IMG/VR virus record: IMGVR_UViG_3300024264_000021
Coordinates: 1 to 64,000 of that record
Origin: an uncultured virus (IMG/VR IMGVR_UViG_3300024264_000021)
Lineage: Duplodnaviria > Heunggongvirae > Uroviricota > Caudoviricetes
DNA: 64,000 bases
Direction: 5' to 3' (one strand)
Shown here: positions 35,950 to 45,569 of the stretch, piece by piece
Numbering within the stretch: position 1 is the first letter of the stretch
Layout: the number at the start of each line of letters is the position of its first letter
The notes under the pieces: model-generated
The model's input: the letters and a program-made list of their open reading frames with translations, nothing else
The model's database searches: none
Told to the model about the DNA's origin: nothing
Program-made: the position numbers and the translations under genes

Positions 35950-36897
35950 TCACTTAAATTGTATAGGTAATGTCATTAGTTCAACCATACAAGCTAATGT
36001 ATGTATTTCTTTATCTACAGCAAATGTAGATTCAAATCCATACTTAGAAAGTATTAATATAATATCGGGAATACATTCTGGTTTAGCATTTTTTAGAAGT
36101 TCTTCGTAGAGAGAACGATAAAGTTCTTGCTCAGTACCATGCCAATTTTCAAGTATGAATTTTCTTATTAACTGAAATTTTTTATTTTCAATAGCCTCTA
36201 ATAAGTTTTCAATACTTTCATTTTGAACATTTGATAAAATATTATTTGATAATTCTCCACTTGCACTATATCTTTGGAGTTCATTTATACATCTGCGAAA
36301 ATCCGGAAAGAAATGCACAATTGCATGTTGAATTAATTTTTTATCGTAAGATACGTTTTCACTGTCAAGAATATGACACACTCTTAGATAAAACTCACCA
36401 GCAAGTTTGGGTTTTTCTTCTTTTGGAAATTTAAATTCAATTACTGCACATCTTGATTGAAGTGGTGCAATAATTCTTTGTGCTTGATTTGCAGTCATAA
36501 CAAATGAACAGTTTGAAGAAAACTTTTCAAAAAAGTTTCTCAAAGCGTTTTGACTTAAATCAGGAAGATGGTCTGCCTCATCAAGAATTAACATTTTTCT
36601 TCTGCCATCAACAGACATAGCAGAACAGAAATCTGTCATTTTTGTACGAATAATATCAATACTTCTTTCTTCAGAAGCATTGATCATCATTACTTCTAGG
36701 TTTAATTGATGAGCTATAGCGAGAGCGGCACTAGTCTTACCAGTACCGCCTGATTGCGAATGAAATAAAAAATTAGGCAAACTACCTTGTTCAACAAAAG
36801 ATATTAAAGTATTTTTAATATCTTCTGGTAAAATTAAATCATTAACACTTTTAGGGCGATACTTCTGTACCCATAAAAATTCATCACGTACAATCAT
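35950..36897 (-). CDS. gp44: Clamp loader large subunit gp44
   Basis: LWVQKYRP, GTGKT, INASEE, ILDEAD, PLQSRC and FPDFRR.INELQRY motifs. Confidence 0.96.
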   Translation of the reverse strand: MIVRDEFLWVQKYRPKSVNDLILPEDIKNTLISFVEQGSLPNFLFHSQSGGTGKTSAALAIAHQLNLEVMMINASEERSIDIIRTKMTDFCSAMSVDGRRKMLILDEADHLPDLSQNALRNFFEKFSSNCSFVMTANQAQRIIAPLQSRCAVIEFKFPKEEKPKLAGEFYLRVCHILDSENVSYDKKLIQHAIVHFFPDFRRCINELQRYSASGELSNNILSNVQNESIENLLEAIENKKFQLIRKFILENWHGTEQELYRSLYEELLKNAKPECIPDIILILSKYGFESTFAVDKEIHTLACMVELMTLPIQFK

Positions 36898-37027
36898 AAT
36901 AATACCATTATATAAATTTATGCATTTACACTCTATTAATTATTCATTCATTTTTTTGTATGGCATCTGCATACTCCAGGTTTAAAGACATTTGTTTATT
37001 TTTAGGTAGTTCAAAATATAACTCCAT

Positions 37028-37222
37028 TTAAATATTTTTCAAATTCTTCTTTGTATTCTCAACGGCAGTCCGATGCCTTTCAATTTTTTGCTCATATTTT
37101 TTCAAAGTATCCTTGTCTTTAGTCTCTTTCATAAGAGTCACATAGTCTGCAATATTCTTTTCAAGTCGCTCAATTGCTCCTTTTCTACGAATTCCTTTTG
37201 CAAACCTATTATTACTTCTCAT
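37028..37222 (-). CDS. Small basic helical hypothetical protein
   Basis: 64 aa; GGAG RBS and a consensus promoter upstream. Confidence 0.7.
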   Translation of the reverse strand: MRSNNRFAKGIRRKGAIERLEKNIADYVTLMKETKDKDTLKKYEQKIERHRTAVENTKKNLKNI

Positions 37223-37231
37223 AACAACTCC

Positions 37232-37260
37232 ATTATAACAAATTATTCTTTAGTTGTCAA
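37232..37260 (-). promoter_or_regulatory. Consensus sigma70 promoter
   Basis: TTGACA-17-TATAAT with TGn. Confidence 0.8.
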
Positions 37261-37335
37261 CACATTTTTTGACAGGTAAATGCCAGCACCAAAACCCAAT
37301 CCAAGTCCGATAGCAAATAAAATCATTGAAGTCAT
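37243..37335 (-). CDS. 30-aa membrane micropeptide (not in the ORF track)
   Basis: MTSMILFAIGLGLGFGAGIYLSKNVLTTKE; ATGA overlap with the dsbA stop. Confidence 0.55.
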   Translation of the reverse strand: MTSMILFAIGLGLGFGAGIYLSKNVLTTKE

Positions 37336-37643
37336 GTTTCATTCTCTACTTGTTTTATGGTAGAAAATATTCCATCATACAAATAAAAAACATCCTCTGT
37401 TTTTGCACGTTCTTCAGCAATATTTCTTTTATGAAAAGCTTTTGCTACACGATTTAACATTACTTTTGGAATTTGATATTGCTTTGATAAATCACCTAAA
37501 GCATCTTTAATAAAATCTTTTTCTGAATCAATTCTTGTCATACAATCAGAAACTTCTTTTAACACTCTTTGAATTGCCTTAATATCTGCTTCTGCTGATG
37601 GTAATACAACAGATGTTAAACTATTAGGTTGATTGCTGCTCAT
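37332..37643 (-). CDS. dsbA: T4-like dsDNA-binding protein DsbA
   Basis: E.SD.MTRID.EKDFIKD.....L.....IPK..LNR.AK.FHK pattern; 103 aa. Confidence 0.8.
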   Translation of the reverse strand: MSSNQPNSLTSVVLPSAEADIKAIQRVLKEVSDCMTRIDSEKDFIKDALGDLSKQYQIPKVMLNRVAKAFHKRNIAEERAKTEDVFYLYDGIFSTIKQVENET

Positions 37644-37647
37644 ACTA

Positions 37648-38220
37648 TTAACTCCTTGATAATTTTAAATATTTAAATAATGCTCTAAATTTATAAACAT
37701 AATCTTTGGTTTCTTTAGGTAATTTCAATTTCTCAATATTAGAAGTTTTATGTTTTACAATTTGACTTTTCAAAAAAGTTGGGCCTACATTATATGCCGC
37801 AAGAACTAATTCCCAACTATCAAATCTGTCTTTTAAAAATAATAAATATTTTGCTGCAGCAACTGTAGATTTTTTCCAGTTATATCTTTCATCTGTGAAA
37901 AAACCTTCTCTTAGTCCAATATGTCTGGCAGTAATATCATTGATTTGCCACATTCCTAATGCACCTTGAGAAGATTTAGCATAGGGGTTAAAACAACTTT
38001 CAATAACAGGAATAAAAATTAATTTATTTGGTAAATTATATTTCAAAAATATAGATTTTATAAAGTCAAAATATTGTTTTTTATTCGCCTTTAGTATGCA
38101 ATATTTTACACTTCTTTCAAATCTTGAGTTATCATAAAACATGTTAGATGTTTTTTCATTTGCACTTATGGTAATAGAGGATATCATAAGTACACTCAAG
38201 CTTATAATCGTGTTTTTCAT
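37648..38220 (-). CDS. Exported lytic transglycosylase (SLT/MltD-like; start moved to MKNTII)
   Basis: IESCFNP.AKS..GA.GMWQ, DER, AAAKYL, LAAYN.G and LPKETKDYV motifs; signal peptide. Confidence 0.9.
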   Translation of the reverse strand: MKNTIISLSVLMISSITISANEKTSNMFYDNSRFERSVKYCILKANKKQYFDFIKSIFLKYNLPNKLIFIPVIESCFNPYAKSSQGALGMWQINDITARHIGLREGFFTDERYNWKKSTVAAAKYLLFLKDRFDSWELVLAAYNVGPTFLKSQIVKHKTSNIEKLKLPKETKDYVYKFRALFKYLKLSRS

Positions 38221-38221
38221 A

Positions 38222-38530
38222 TTACATGATAATAGAGGATGCATCTGTTGTTGCAATATCAATACCTGAAGTTGCTTTAACATACATAGCTTCTACTTCT
38301 GATTTAGTCTTAACAATTGTAACAACGTGACTTGTTTTAATTGTTACCGATTCTGTTGAACCTGTGTTTATCCAAGGCATAACTCCAATACCCTGCTGTG
38401 TTTGTATTAACACAAAAGGTTGTTTTAGTTCTATAATGCCGGATTGGTTTAAAAAATTTTGACCTTCATCTATTTTAGCAATAATTTCTTCACCTGTAGA
38501 AAGTTTACAGGAACAAACATTATAAGACAT
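38222..38530 (-). CDS. Conserved T4-like small (Sm-like) protein
   Basis: KLSTGEEIIAK, P....PW and Y.KATSGI motifs. Confidence 0.7.
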   Translation of the reverse strand: MSYNVCSCKLSTGEEIIAKIDEGQNFLNQSGIIELKQPFVLIQTQQGIGVMPWINTGSTESVTIKTSHVVTIVKTKSEVEAMYVKATSGIDIATTDASSIIM

Positions 38531-38537
38531 ATTAATC

Positions 38538-39239
38538 CTATTCAAAAGTTACGGGTTGTTGAAGTGCTACAAAAAATTTATAATCACGATTTTTTGATGT
38601 AAACTGTGCTCCGCCCTTTGCAGCAATTCTCACTTCATAATCATCACTCAACATTTTTAATTTAGAAACTTCAAATACAGCAGAAAATGATTGTCCGGAT
38701 GTATTTGATTGTTCAATTTTTCTACGATGTCTTTCAGAAGAATTATTACTATTATTTGTAATGGTTTCAGAAACCATATAGATATCAGTTTCATCACCTT
38801 CAAAAACTAAATTAGTAAAACCATTAATAGCGGCAGATTTTTTACCATACTCTAATAATGACTCACTAATTGTAAATACAATATCTGGTTTTTCAATTAC
38901 ATACTTTTTATTTCTATCTAATTCTTCTACAAGTTTGGCATCACAAAAGCGAATGTCTTGGCTTGTTTTATCTGATTTAATTACCAGATATTGTTTATCT
39001 TCTGGAAATTCTAAAACTGTATCTCCTGTAGATGAAACTAAAGAGTACACAGAAATAAAATGATTTAAATCAAAGATACAAAACTCTTTTGGAAAATCCT
39101 CATCAAAGGAGGCAAATGCAAATAAATTTCCAGAATTGGCAACTGTACTTTGCATTGCTCCTTCATAGATATGAATTGATTCATTGATTGAAGCAAAGTT
39201 AGATAAGAACAATAGGTCTGATTTTGAAAGTTTCATCAT
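38538..39239 (-). CDS. gp45: Sliding clamp gp45
   Basis: MKLS...L.NFASIN.SI, FP.EF.IFDL..F and LKML..DY.V.I motifs. Confidence 0.92.
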   Translation of the reverse strand: MMKLSKSDLLFLSNFASINESIHIYEGAMQSTVANSGNLFAFASFDEDFPKEFCIFDLNHFISVYSLVSSTGDTVLEFPEDKQYLVIKSDKTSQDIRFCDAKLVEELDRNKKYVIEKPDIVFTISESLLEYGKKSAAINGFTNLVFEGDETDIYMVSETITNNSNNSSERHRRKIEQSNTSGQSFSAVFEVSKLKMLSDDYEVRIAAKGGAQFTSKNRDYKFFVALQQPVTFE

Positions 39240-39241
39240 AA

Positions 39242-39547
39242 TTAATACTCCTCTTTTGAGATCACAATTTCAATTAAAATACCAGCCGAACCTTTAGAAA
39301 TTTCGTAAGTACTCCAACGATTATCTTGGAGAAAACCATATTTCTTAAAACTAAAAACTGGAACACACTCATCTTCAAATACACAATCTAATGTGTTTGT
39401 CTCATAATCTATTCCAAGATTATACATACTTTCAATTAATTCTTGATTATTTTTAAACCGTCCTAATAATTCATGTGGTTGAATATATATCAACATTATA
39501 CCATATAATTTTAAAAAAGTAAAGTTTTTTTTAACCTTTAATATCAA
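39242..39547 (-). CDS. Hypothetical protein (start uncertain)
   Basis: ORF fills the gap between the glycosyltransferase and gp45. Confidence 0.55.
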   Translation of the reverse strand: MILKVKKNFTFLKLYGIMLIYIQPHELLGRFKNNQELIESMYNLGIDYETNTLDCVFEDECVPVFSFKKYGFLQDNRWSTYEISKGSAGILIEIVISKEEY

Positions 39548-40430
39548 TTGTAGGAATTTCTTGTTGTCTTGTACTCACTTGTTCCATTGCAGCAAGTGCT
39601 TGTACAGAACCACGATATACGTAAGTTCCTACATGACTCAATTGCATCCAAGGACATGCCCAGATTTTAGTTCCTGCTTTACGTGACATTTGACAAAAGA
39701 AATAATCTTCAGAAAGAAGACGATTAGTTTCACCACCAGTTGTATCTGGTCTGTCGAAGTCTACATGAAAATATGCAGTAATATTTTTTGAACCATTAAA
39801 ATCTTTTGAATGATTATGGTCTGGTCTATATTCATAATTAGGATATGCATTACGATATGTTTCTAGTGCAGTTTTACTAATCATCATAAAACCAGTTCCG
39901 ATTTCTAAAACTTCTACAGGCTTAAAAATTTCAATTTCACCTCTATGTGCGGGATTAAAAACGAAATCCCCACCAAATTCTGATAATTTATTAGGATCAT
40001 CTAAAAATCCGGGAACCTTTGCTGCCTTATCTACTCTCGGCCAAAGAATATGTTTTTTAGGATAAAGTCCACCAATGACTTGATGGTCTTCATCTGAAAG
40101 ATGTAATAAATGTAATACATCTCTTGGATCAAAAACAATATCAGCATCAATAAACATCATATGAGTGAAATCGGAAATTTCAAAATAATGCGTGAGATAG
40201 TTTCTGGCTCTCTGAATCAAACTTTCATTCATAATAAATTTACACTGAAGTTTAATTCCGAAATAAGAACAAAGAGTGTTGAGGTCAATTAGGCGAGATG
40301 CTGTTTCAGCTACCATCATTCCACCATAACAAGGCATACAAACCATCAAACTTTTACCTTCAAAGTCTTTAGGTTCTAATTGTGTTTTCATACCTGGGGA
40401 CACATTACCAGTATTTTCTGCTTCAGCCAT
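39531..40430 (-). CDS. GT-A fold glycosyltransferase-like protein
   Basis: PCYGG, NESLIQRARN, FIDADI (DxD), GTGFMMI, LSEDYFFC and L.HVG.Y motifs. Confidence 0.8.
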   Translation of the reverse strand: MAEAENTGNVSPGMKTQLEPKDFEGKSLMVCMPCYGGMMVAETASRLIDLNTLCSYFGIKLQCKFIMNESLIQRARNYLTHYFEISDFTHMMFIDADIVFDPRDVLHLLHLSDEDHQVIGGLYPKKHILWPRVDKAAKVPGFLDDPNKLSEFGGDFVFNPAHRGEIEIFKPVEVLEIGTGFMMISKTALETYRNAYPNYEYRPDHNHSKDFNGSKNITAYFHVDFDRPDTTGGETNRLLSEDYFFCQMSRKAGTKIWACPWMQLSHVGTYVYRGSVQALAAMEQVSTRQQEIPTIDIKG

Positions 40431-40455
40431 TAATATACTCCAAAATAAATTAATA

Positions 40456-40499
40456 AAATAGTAGAGAACACTTACACTACCACTGTTTCTCTACTATTT
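40456..40499 (-). terminator. 13-bp hairpin, probable terminator after the AAA+ gene
   Basis: AAATAGTAGAGAA (40456-40468) pairs with TTCTCTACTATTT (40487-40499); U-rich end on the minus strand. Confidence 0.6.
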
Positions 40500-40507
40500 A
40501 GGATGTT

Positions 40508-41836
40508 TTAAGAAGCGGAATCAAAAATATTCCACAATTTTTCAATTAAAAGTTTTCGTTGATAAATCAAATCGGCTTGCAAAACTCTATCATAAGATTG
40601 CTCTAATTCTGTATATTCTTCCAAAGTTTCAAGATATAATTTGAACAACTTATGCCTTTCATCATAATCAGCAGAATCTAATAAATAATGTTGTTTTTCT
40701 TTCTCATCAAAAACTTCATCTATAAGTTGGTCTAATGTTACTAGGTTTTCCTTTTCAATTGGTTGATGATTAGGGTCAACAACAGTTTCATCAATCTTTT
40801 TATAAAGTGATAAGAAGGAATCTCGCACTTCTTCATCAAATCTAGAGATTGCGTATTGAATAGCTTTTTCTTTATCGTTCAATACGGAATAAATGTCCAA
40901 AATATGAAACAATCTCCGTGTTGTTACAAGTTCATCAATTGCACCATCTTTGTAAGATTTGCGAGTGACTTCTGCCCATTGCGCAAGTTTATTTGTATAA
41001 TCCTTATCATCAATATTGATATTGTATACTTCAATGTACTTATCCAACATCTTGATTTCTTTAGCTTTTGGTGGATAGTCATGGTCAATACACATTACAA
41101 ATCGCTCAAGAAATGCGGTGTTTTGAATGTTAGTTCCGATGTAACGTCCAGATTCAGAACCATTCCCCTTTGTATTGTCAGTTGCAATAATATTGAATCC
41201 TTTTGCCGGAATAACACGTTCACCAGTTTTCTTGATTAGAAATGGCTTGCCTTCTAGAATACCTTGCAATGCCAACATCCGTGCTGGATTGCCAGCAAAG
41301 ATTTCATCTAGTAATACAATGCCACCAACTTTAGCGGCTTCCACTAGTGGGGAGTCCTCCCATACTGTTTCACCATTGATCAAATTATAGTGACCAAGAA
41401 TATCCATCTCATCTGTTTCAACAGTAATATTCATACGATAGAAATTACGCTTGTTTTTGGCACAAGCTTGCTCTACCATTTTAGTCTTGCCATTACCAGA
41501 ATCGCCAGTAATTACGACAGGCATGAAACGTTTGGATGCAATTACGGCATCTACTACGCCGAAGTCTCCAAAAGCAACAAAGCAAGGGTCTTTTTCAGGT
41601 ATATAACCTTTACTCACCTCTTCTTGTTTAGGCCGAAAATTTACAACTTTTTCTTTAACAGGTGGGGTCTTTTTCAATACAGTCTCCAATTTATAAACAC
41701 CATGAGAAATTTTCTCTGCTTTTCGCAACACAGGACCATGTTTGATTCCAAGTTCTTTAGCAGCAACAACAATCTCTTTGCGAGTAGCAACGTCATTATT
41801 CAGGTGTTCACGTACAAGTTCAATCTCACGGCTCAT
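40508..41836 (-). CDS. CobS/MoxR-like AAA+ ATPase (start moved to MSREIE)
   Basis: GDSGNGKT, RMNIT.ETDE.D, LLDE, IATDNTKG.G...GRY.GT, AFLERF and TTRRL motifs; AGGAG RBS. Confidence 0.9.
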   Translation of the reverse strand: MSREIELVREHLNNDVATRKEIVVAAKELGIKHGPVLRKAEKISHGVYKLETVLKKTPPVKEKVVNFRPKQEEVSKGYIPEKDPCFVAFGDFGVVDAVIASKRFMPVVITGDSGNGKTKMVEQACAKNKRNFYRMNITVETDEMDILGHYNLINGETVWEDSPLVEAAKVGGIVLLDEIFAGNPARMLALQGILEGKPFLIKKTGERVIPAKGFNIIATDNTKGNGSESGRYIGTNIQNTAFLERFVMCIDHDYPPKAKEIKMLDKYIEVYNINIDDKDYTNKLAQWAEVTRKSYKDGAIDELVTTRRLFHILDIYSVLNDKEKAIQYAISRFDEEVRDSFLSLYKKIDETVVDPNHQPIEKENLVTLDQLIDEVFDEKEKQHYLLDSADYDERHKLFKLYLETLEEYTELEQSYDRVLQADLIYQRKLLIEKLWNIFDSAS

Positions 41837-41862
41837 AATAATCTCCTTGATTATAGGGGAAA

Positions 41863-41897
41863 TCCACAACACTGAAATAGTATATCAGTGTTGTGGA
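41863..41897. repeat. Perfect 13-bp inverted repeat enclosing a -10 box
   Basis: TCCACAACACTGA-aatagtata-TCAGTGTTGTGGA. Confidence 0.9.
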
Positions 41898-41907
41898 GAA
41901 ATGTCAA
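41879..41907 (-). promoter_or_regulatory. Sigma70-type early promoter
   Basis: TTGACA-17-TATACT with TGn. Confidence 0.8.
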
Positions 41908-44408
41908 GCAGAAATTTTCTGTTTATCGGAAATAATATCAACAATTCTGGAAGCAAGGAACTTCCGTTTTGCTTTTTGAGAAGAATTTTTCACAAGTGCA
42001 TTCTTCAATTGTTTGGTAGTATATTTACCATCCTTAGTTTGAGTGATATCATCAAAATAATCACGTTCTTCATCTAGATTAGAAACATCGTAATAGTAAT
42101 TACGATTGTATGATTCTTCACAGATTACATTTGTGTTCACTGCAAAGATTTTGTCATAGCCATTTTCAATTACTGCAAAACCATTCTTGCGATAATCAGC
42201 GGAGATTTTTTCAATTTTTTCAAAATCATCAGTGTTATACATTGACATGATGGTTTTTTTGAAAGAGTTGTTGTTATTAGGTAGCAACTCAATGCTAATA
42301 ACATTCGCACCGGTTTCTTGTTTCAATACTTTAGCAAATGTACGTGTACGTTCTCTGCTCTTTGAATGGCCATATCCACCATCTTTCATTTCTGGCATTG
42401 TTAAATCATAGATCTTATCTGAATACAGTGAACGTAAGAAAATTGTGTTATCACCCCGTCTATTAGATGCTGTACCATTTCTTCCAAAAATTGTATGTAA
42501 TTTATCAATTTCAATAGAGTCCTCAGTATAAGTTTCGGAATTTTTCTTCGGATGACAATTTTGTTTGTATGTCTTTGAATCGCTAACCTTTGCTGGGGAT
42601 TGAATAAAATCACTATCACCATCTGTAATGGTAATGAAGTTCATGATATCCACATTCATACGTTGTTGTGTTTTGGGTAATACGTGGTTCATCAATACTA
42701 AACTATCGTTCAGTGGAGTAGAACCCAATTCAAACAAATCACTCAAAACAACAGATTGTTCTAATTGTCTTACTCTCCAATTTTGTTGAGGAAATGAATC
42801 TACTTTTTCATTACCATGTATGCGTAGATATTCATCACAAGAATTTTTCATTGATGTATATCTATGAACTGGTATCATGTTATTATTGATGAAGCAATAT
42901 GCAAGATAATATAGATTTCGGAGTTGTTCTTCATAATTCTTTCTAGTAGAATCACACAACTCTATTAGTTTATAAGTATAACCGATTCTTAAATCATTTT
43001 CATCTGTTGCATGTACCACAATATCTTGTGGAGTATCATAGCTTTTTCCTGCTTCGGATGAAAATGCATATGCTACAAATGGAACATCAATCGCTTTACA
43101 GAAAGTAACTTTATTGATTAATTGTAAAATTGCATTGGTCATGATTGAACTCATGGAGCCAGACCAATCTAGAAGCAACACAAACCCATGATTTTTTTCA
43201 TCTTTTATCACAGACTTGTTTAGGAACAAATCGGAATTATATTTGTAATGTGGTAATTTGTGCAAGTCAAGATTACCAGTTTTAGATTCTTGCGTTCTAC
43301 GATAATCTTCTGCAGCTTTTTTGCGATAAAATTCTCTAACCATATGAGAGAGAATCTGTCGCATAGAATCTTTATGCTTTTTCATAAAGTTTTGAAAACT
43401 TTCTCTTTCTGTATCGGAAAGATATGAAAAATTTTCTGTTAATGTTTCAGTGACAACTCTATTTTTAACAATAAAATCATCACAATTGATTCTTCTTGGA
43501 ATATTAAGATTTAGCGGATGTCGGTATGAGAAAGAATTGTATTGATTCTCTCTATCCTTCATGAAATTTTCTTGGTTCTTTTCCCAATTCTGATCTGTTT
43601 TCGCAGAATTATTCTCAGCAAAATCTAGTCTATCATCCTTTAGATTTTGATTGATAATATTTTCCGCATCTTCTTTTCTATTCTCTTCAATTGCGTTCAT
43701 CAATTCTTCAAATGCTTCTTCACCAATAGATTCTTTAACTTTGTCTAAATCCATTTGAATTGGATTACCATCAACATCATAATCACTATCACCAAATTGC
43801 AAATCATCCAAATTGAATTTGATGTTTTCCAACACTTCTTTAGAGTATTCTTTTTTAATCCACTCAAACAATTCTAGAGCATTTTGATACACTTCCTCAA
43901 AGGTCTTATTTTGTACGGCACGGTCTACCCAATATTGCTCCTCTTCTGTGAATTCACATTCAAAGTAATAATCACCTTTAAAATGTAGATTCATTCTATC
44001 AATTAAACTAAGTTCTTCTGTACTGTCATGAAAACGAATGCCAAAAAAGTTCTTGTTTACAAGCTCAAAAAATCCACGAATAAATGTGGCTTTTGAACCG
44101 GGAAACTTTTCTTTCATCATATCTTCTATGCGTTTGTCTTCCAAAACATTTAGAATAGTTCTGAAAACTTGCTCATATTCTTTGGCTTTTTCATGAGTAC
44201 CAAATTCAGGTGTGTGGAGAGCATGTGATGCTTCATGCAACATGAGGAGTTCACGGGAGGCAACAGGCAGTTCTAGAATCCAAGTTGGAAATGTCATTCT
44301 GCGATTCTTGACATCAAAATATGCTGTTGATGTTTTCTTGATTTCTACACCAATATTCTCAGCGGCAAACAATTTTGCCAAACTGTCACTGTATATTTCC
44401 ATAGACAT
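41904..44408 (-). CDS. Zincin-like peptidase + vWA domain protein (CobT-like partner of the AAA+ ATPase)
   Basis: TAYFDV.NR, HEASHAL.TP (HExxH), NVLED.RIE, LLDWSGSM (MIDAS), GSTPLN and ITDGD motifs; GGAG before the ATG at 44408. Confidence 0.88.
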   Translation of the reverse strand: MSMEIYSDSLAKLFAAENIGVEIKKTSTAYFDVKNRRMTFPTWILELPVASRELLMLHEASHALHTPEFGTHEKAKEYEQVFRTILNVLEDKRIEDMMKEKFPGSKATFIRGFFELVNKNFFGIRFHDSTEELSLIDRMNLHFKGDYYFECEFTEEEQYWVDRAVQNKTFEEVYQNALELFEWIKKEYSKEVLENIKFNLDDLQFGDSDYDVDGNPIQMDLDKVKESIGEEAFEELMNAIEENRKEDAENIINQNLKDDRLDFAENNSAKTDQNWEKNQENFMKDRENQYNSFSYRHPLNLNIPRRINCDDFIVKNRVVTETLTENFSYLSDTERESFQNFMKKHKDSMRQILSHMVREFYRKKAAEDYRRTQESKTGNLDLHKLPHYKYNSDLFLNKSVIKDEKNHGFVLLLDWSGSMSSIMTNAILQLINKVTFCKAIDVPFVAYAFSSEAGKSYDTPQDIVVHATDENDLRIGYTYKLIELCDSTRKNYEEQLRNLYYLAYCFINNNMIPVHRYTSMKNSCDEYLRIHGNEKVDSFPQQNWRVRQLEQSVVLSDLFELGSTPLNDSLVLMNHVLPKTQQRMNVDIMNFITITDGDSDFIQSPAKVSDSKTYKQNCHPKKNSETYTEDSIEIDKLHTIFGRNGTASNRRGDNTIFLRSLYSDKIYDLTMPEMKDGGYGHSKSRERTRTFAKVLKQETGANVISIELLPNNNNSFKKTIMSMYNTDDFEKIEKISADYRKNGFAVIENGYDKIFAVNTNVICEESYNRNYYYDVSNLDEERDYFDDITQTKDGKYTTKQLKNALVKNSSQKAKRKFLASRIVDIISDKQKISA

Positions 44409-44445
44409 ATAGTTCTCCAAGGTGGGTTTTCTGACTGATGGAAAG

Positions 44446-44474
44446 AGTATATCACAAGAGAATCAAAAAGTCAA
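44446..44474 (-). promoter_or_regulatory. Sigma70-type early promoter
   Basis: TTGACT-17-TATACT with TGn. Confidence 0.75.
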
Positions 44475-44716
44475 GGACTTTTTTTATAAATTTTTATTTT
44501 TTTATTTTTACCAAAAAACAATTCATATAACATTGCACATGAAAGCGGAAAATCGGGAATAGGATATTTTGGTAATTTGTCTGCCATTTGCAATCTCTCA
44601 ACTATCAGATATTGTTCATCAATTAATCTCATCTCTTCTTGCAAATGTTTGGGATACATCTTGTAGTGACCTGAATTTACATTGTGATGCATTCCATTTC
44701 CTTGAAATGAAATCAT
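44471..44716 (-). CDS. Hypothetical protein
   Basis: 81-aa ORF in a packed run. Confidence 0.55.
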   Translation of the reverse strand: MISFQGNGMHHNVNSGHYKMYPKHLQEEMRLIDEQYLIVERLQMADKLPKYPIPDFPLSCAMLYELFFGKNKKIKIYKKSP

Positions 44717-44718
44717 TT

Positions 44719-44892
44719 TTAAATTTTATTGGATTTTATTTTGTCAAATCTTTTGTTTCTTTTATTATATTTTGATACATCAAAATCTTGAAACATTTTT
44801 ATATTAATGTTATTATTTTCTGCACAATAATCTTTTAATTCTTCTTCACTATCAAAACAAAAAATTTGGTTAGCTTTTCTTTTAAAAATCAT
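44719..44892 (-). CDS. Small hypothetical protein (57 aa, not in the ORF track)
   Basis: MIFKRKANQIFCFDSEEELKDYCAENN...; fills the gap between neighbours. Confidence 0.5.
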   Translation of the reverse strand: MIFKRKANQIFCFDSEEELKDYCAENNNINIKMFQDFDVSKYNKRNKRFDKIKSNKI

Positions 44893-44898
44893 AATTAA

Positions 44899-45114
44899 TC
44901 ACATTAAATATTTTTTAATTTCTTTATATACTTCATTATCCGAAACCATTCTACATTTATAGAATTTCTTTTTTGAAATAGGGTCTACAACTATTGTTCT
45001 TTTATCTACAACAAAATCTGGCATTACTTCTTTTTTAACACCTTTTTCTGAAGCACAAAAAGAAGACCATTGAGGAGTAGTTAATATTAAATCTGTTGTA
45101 TTAATTTTCTGCAT
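44899..45114 (-). CDS. Hypothetical protein
   Basis: 71 aa; TAATG-coupled to the upstream gene. Confidence 0.6.
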   Translation of the reverse strand: MQKINTTDLILTTPQWSSFCASEKGVKKEVMPDFVVDKRTIVVDPISKKKFYKCRMVSDNEVYKEIKKYLM

Positions 45115-45566
45115 TATTTTTCTTTCAGTAGATATGTTTCTATTATATCTATTTTATAATTTTTAGGAAATTTATCTTCTACATAAACATAATAAATTTT
45201 TCTTATAATTTCACACAACTCATAAGCAAGTTCATCTCTTGTTATTTTATGTCTAAATTTTGCACCTAAATTTTCATACCAACCGAACTTAACACAGAAA
45301 TTTTCATAATCTTCATTAAATTGTTTAAGTATTTCAGAACATTTATTTTCAAGCATTTTCATTATATTGTTTCTTATGTTATTAGAAGCATCTACAATAT
45401 CTTTTCTTATAGGTCCGACAAACTCTTGTTTTTTATATTTTTTAAAAAAATCATTCATTATACTATCAGCACTAATAATTAGTTGTCTAGTTACATTTCT
45501 TTCCAAGTTTAATGTATTTTGTTCCTCGACTGAAAGTTTTCTTAATTCTTCAAGAGTATAACTCAT
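45114..45566 (-). CDS. Hypothetical protein
   Basis: 150-aa ORF with GAGGA RBS. Confidence 0.7.
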   Translation of the reverse strand: MSYTLEELRKLSVEEQNTLNLERNVTRQLIISADSIMNDFFKKYKKQEFVGPIRKDIVDASNNIRNNIMKMLENKCSEILKQFNEDYENFCVKFGWYENLGAKFRHKITRDELAYELCEIIRKIYYVYVEDKFPKNYKIDIIETYLLKEK

Positions 45567-45569
45567 TTA

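Noticed and set aside
36944..37027. 27-aa ORF MELYFELPKNKQMSLNLEYADAIQKNE on the minus strand
   Set aside because: Very short with no clear RBS or motif; possible but unsupported
40508..41836. Cobalamin biosynthesis role for the CobS-like gene
   Set aside because: No cobN or other cob genes are present; the motifs only support a MoxR-type AAA+ ATPase
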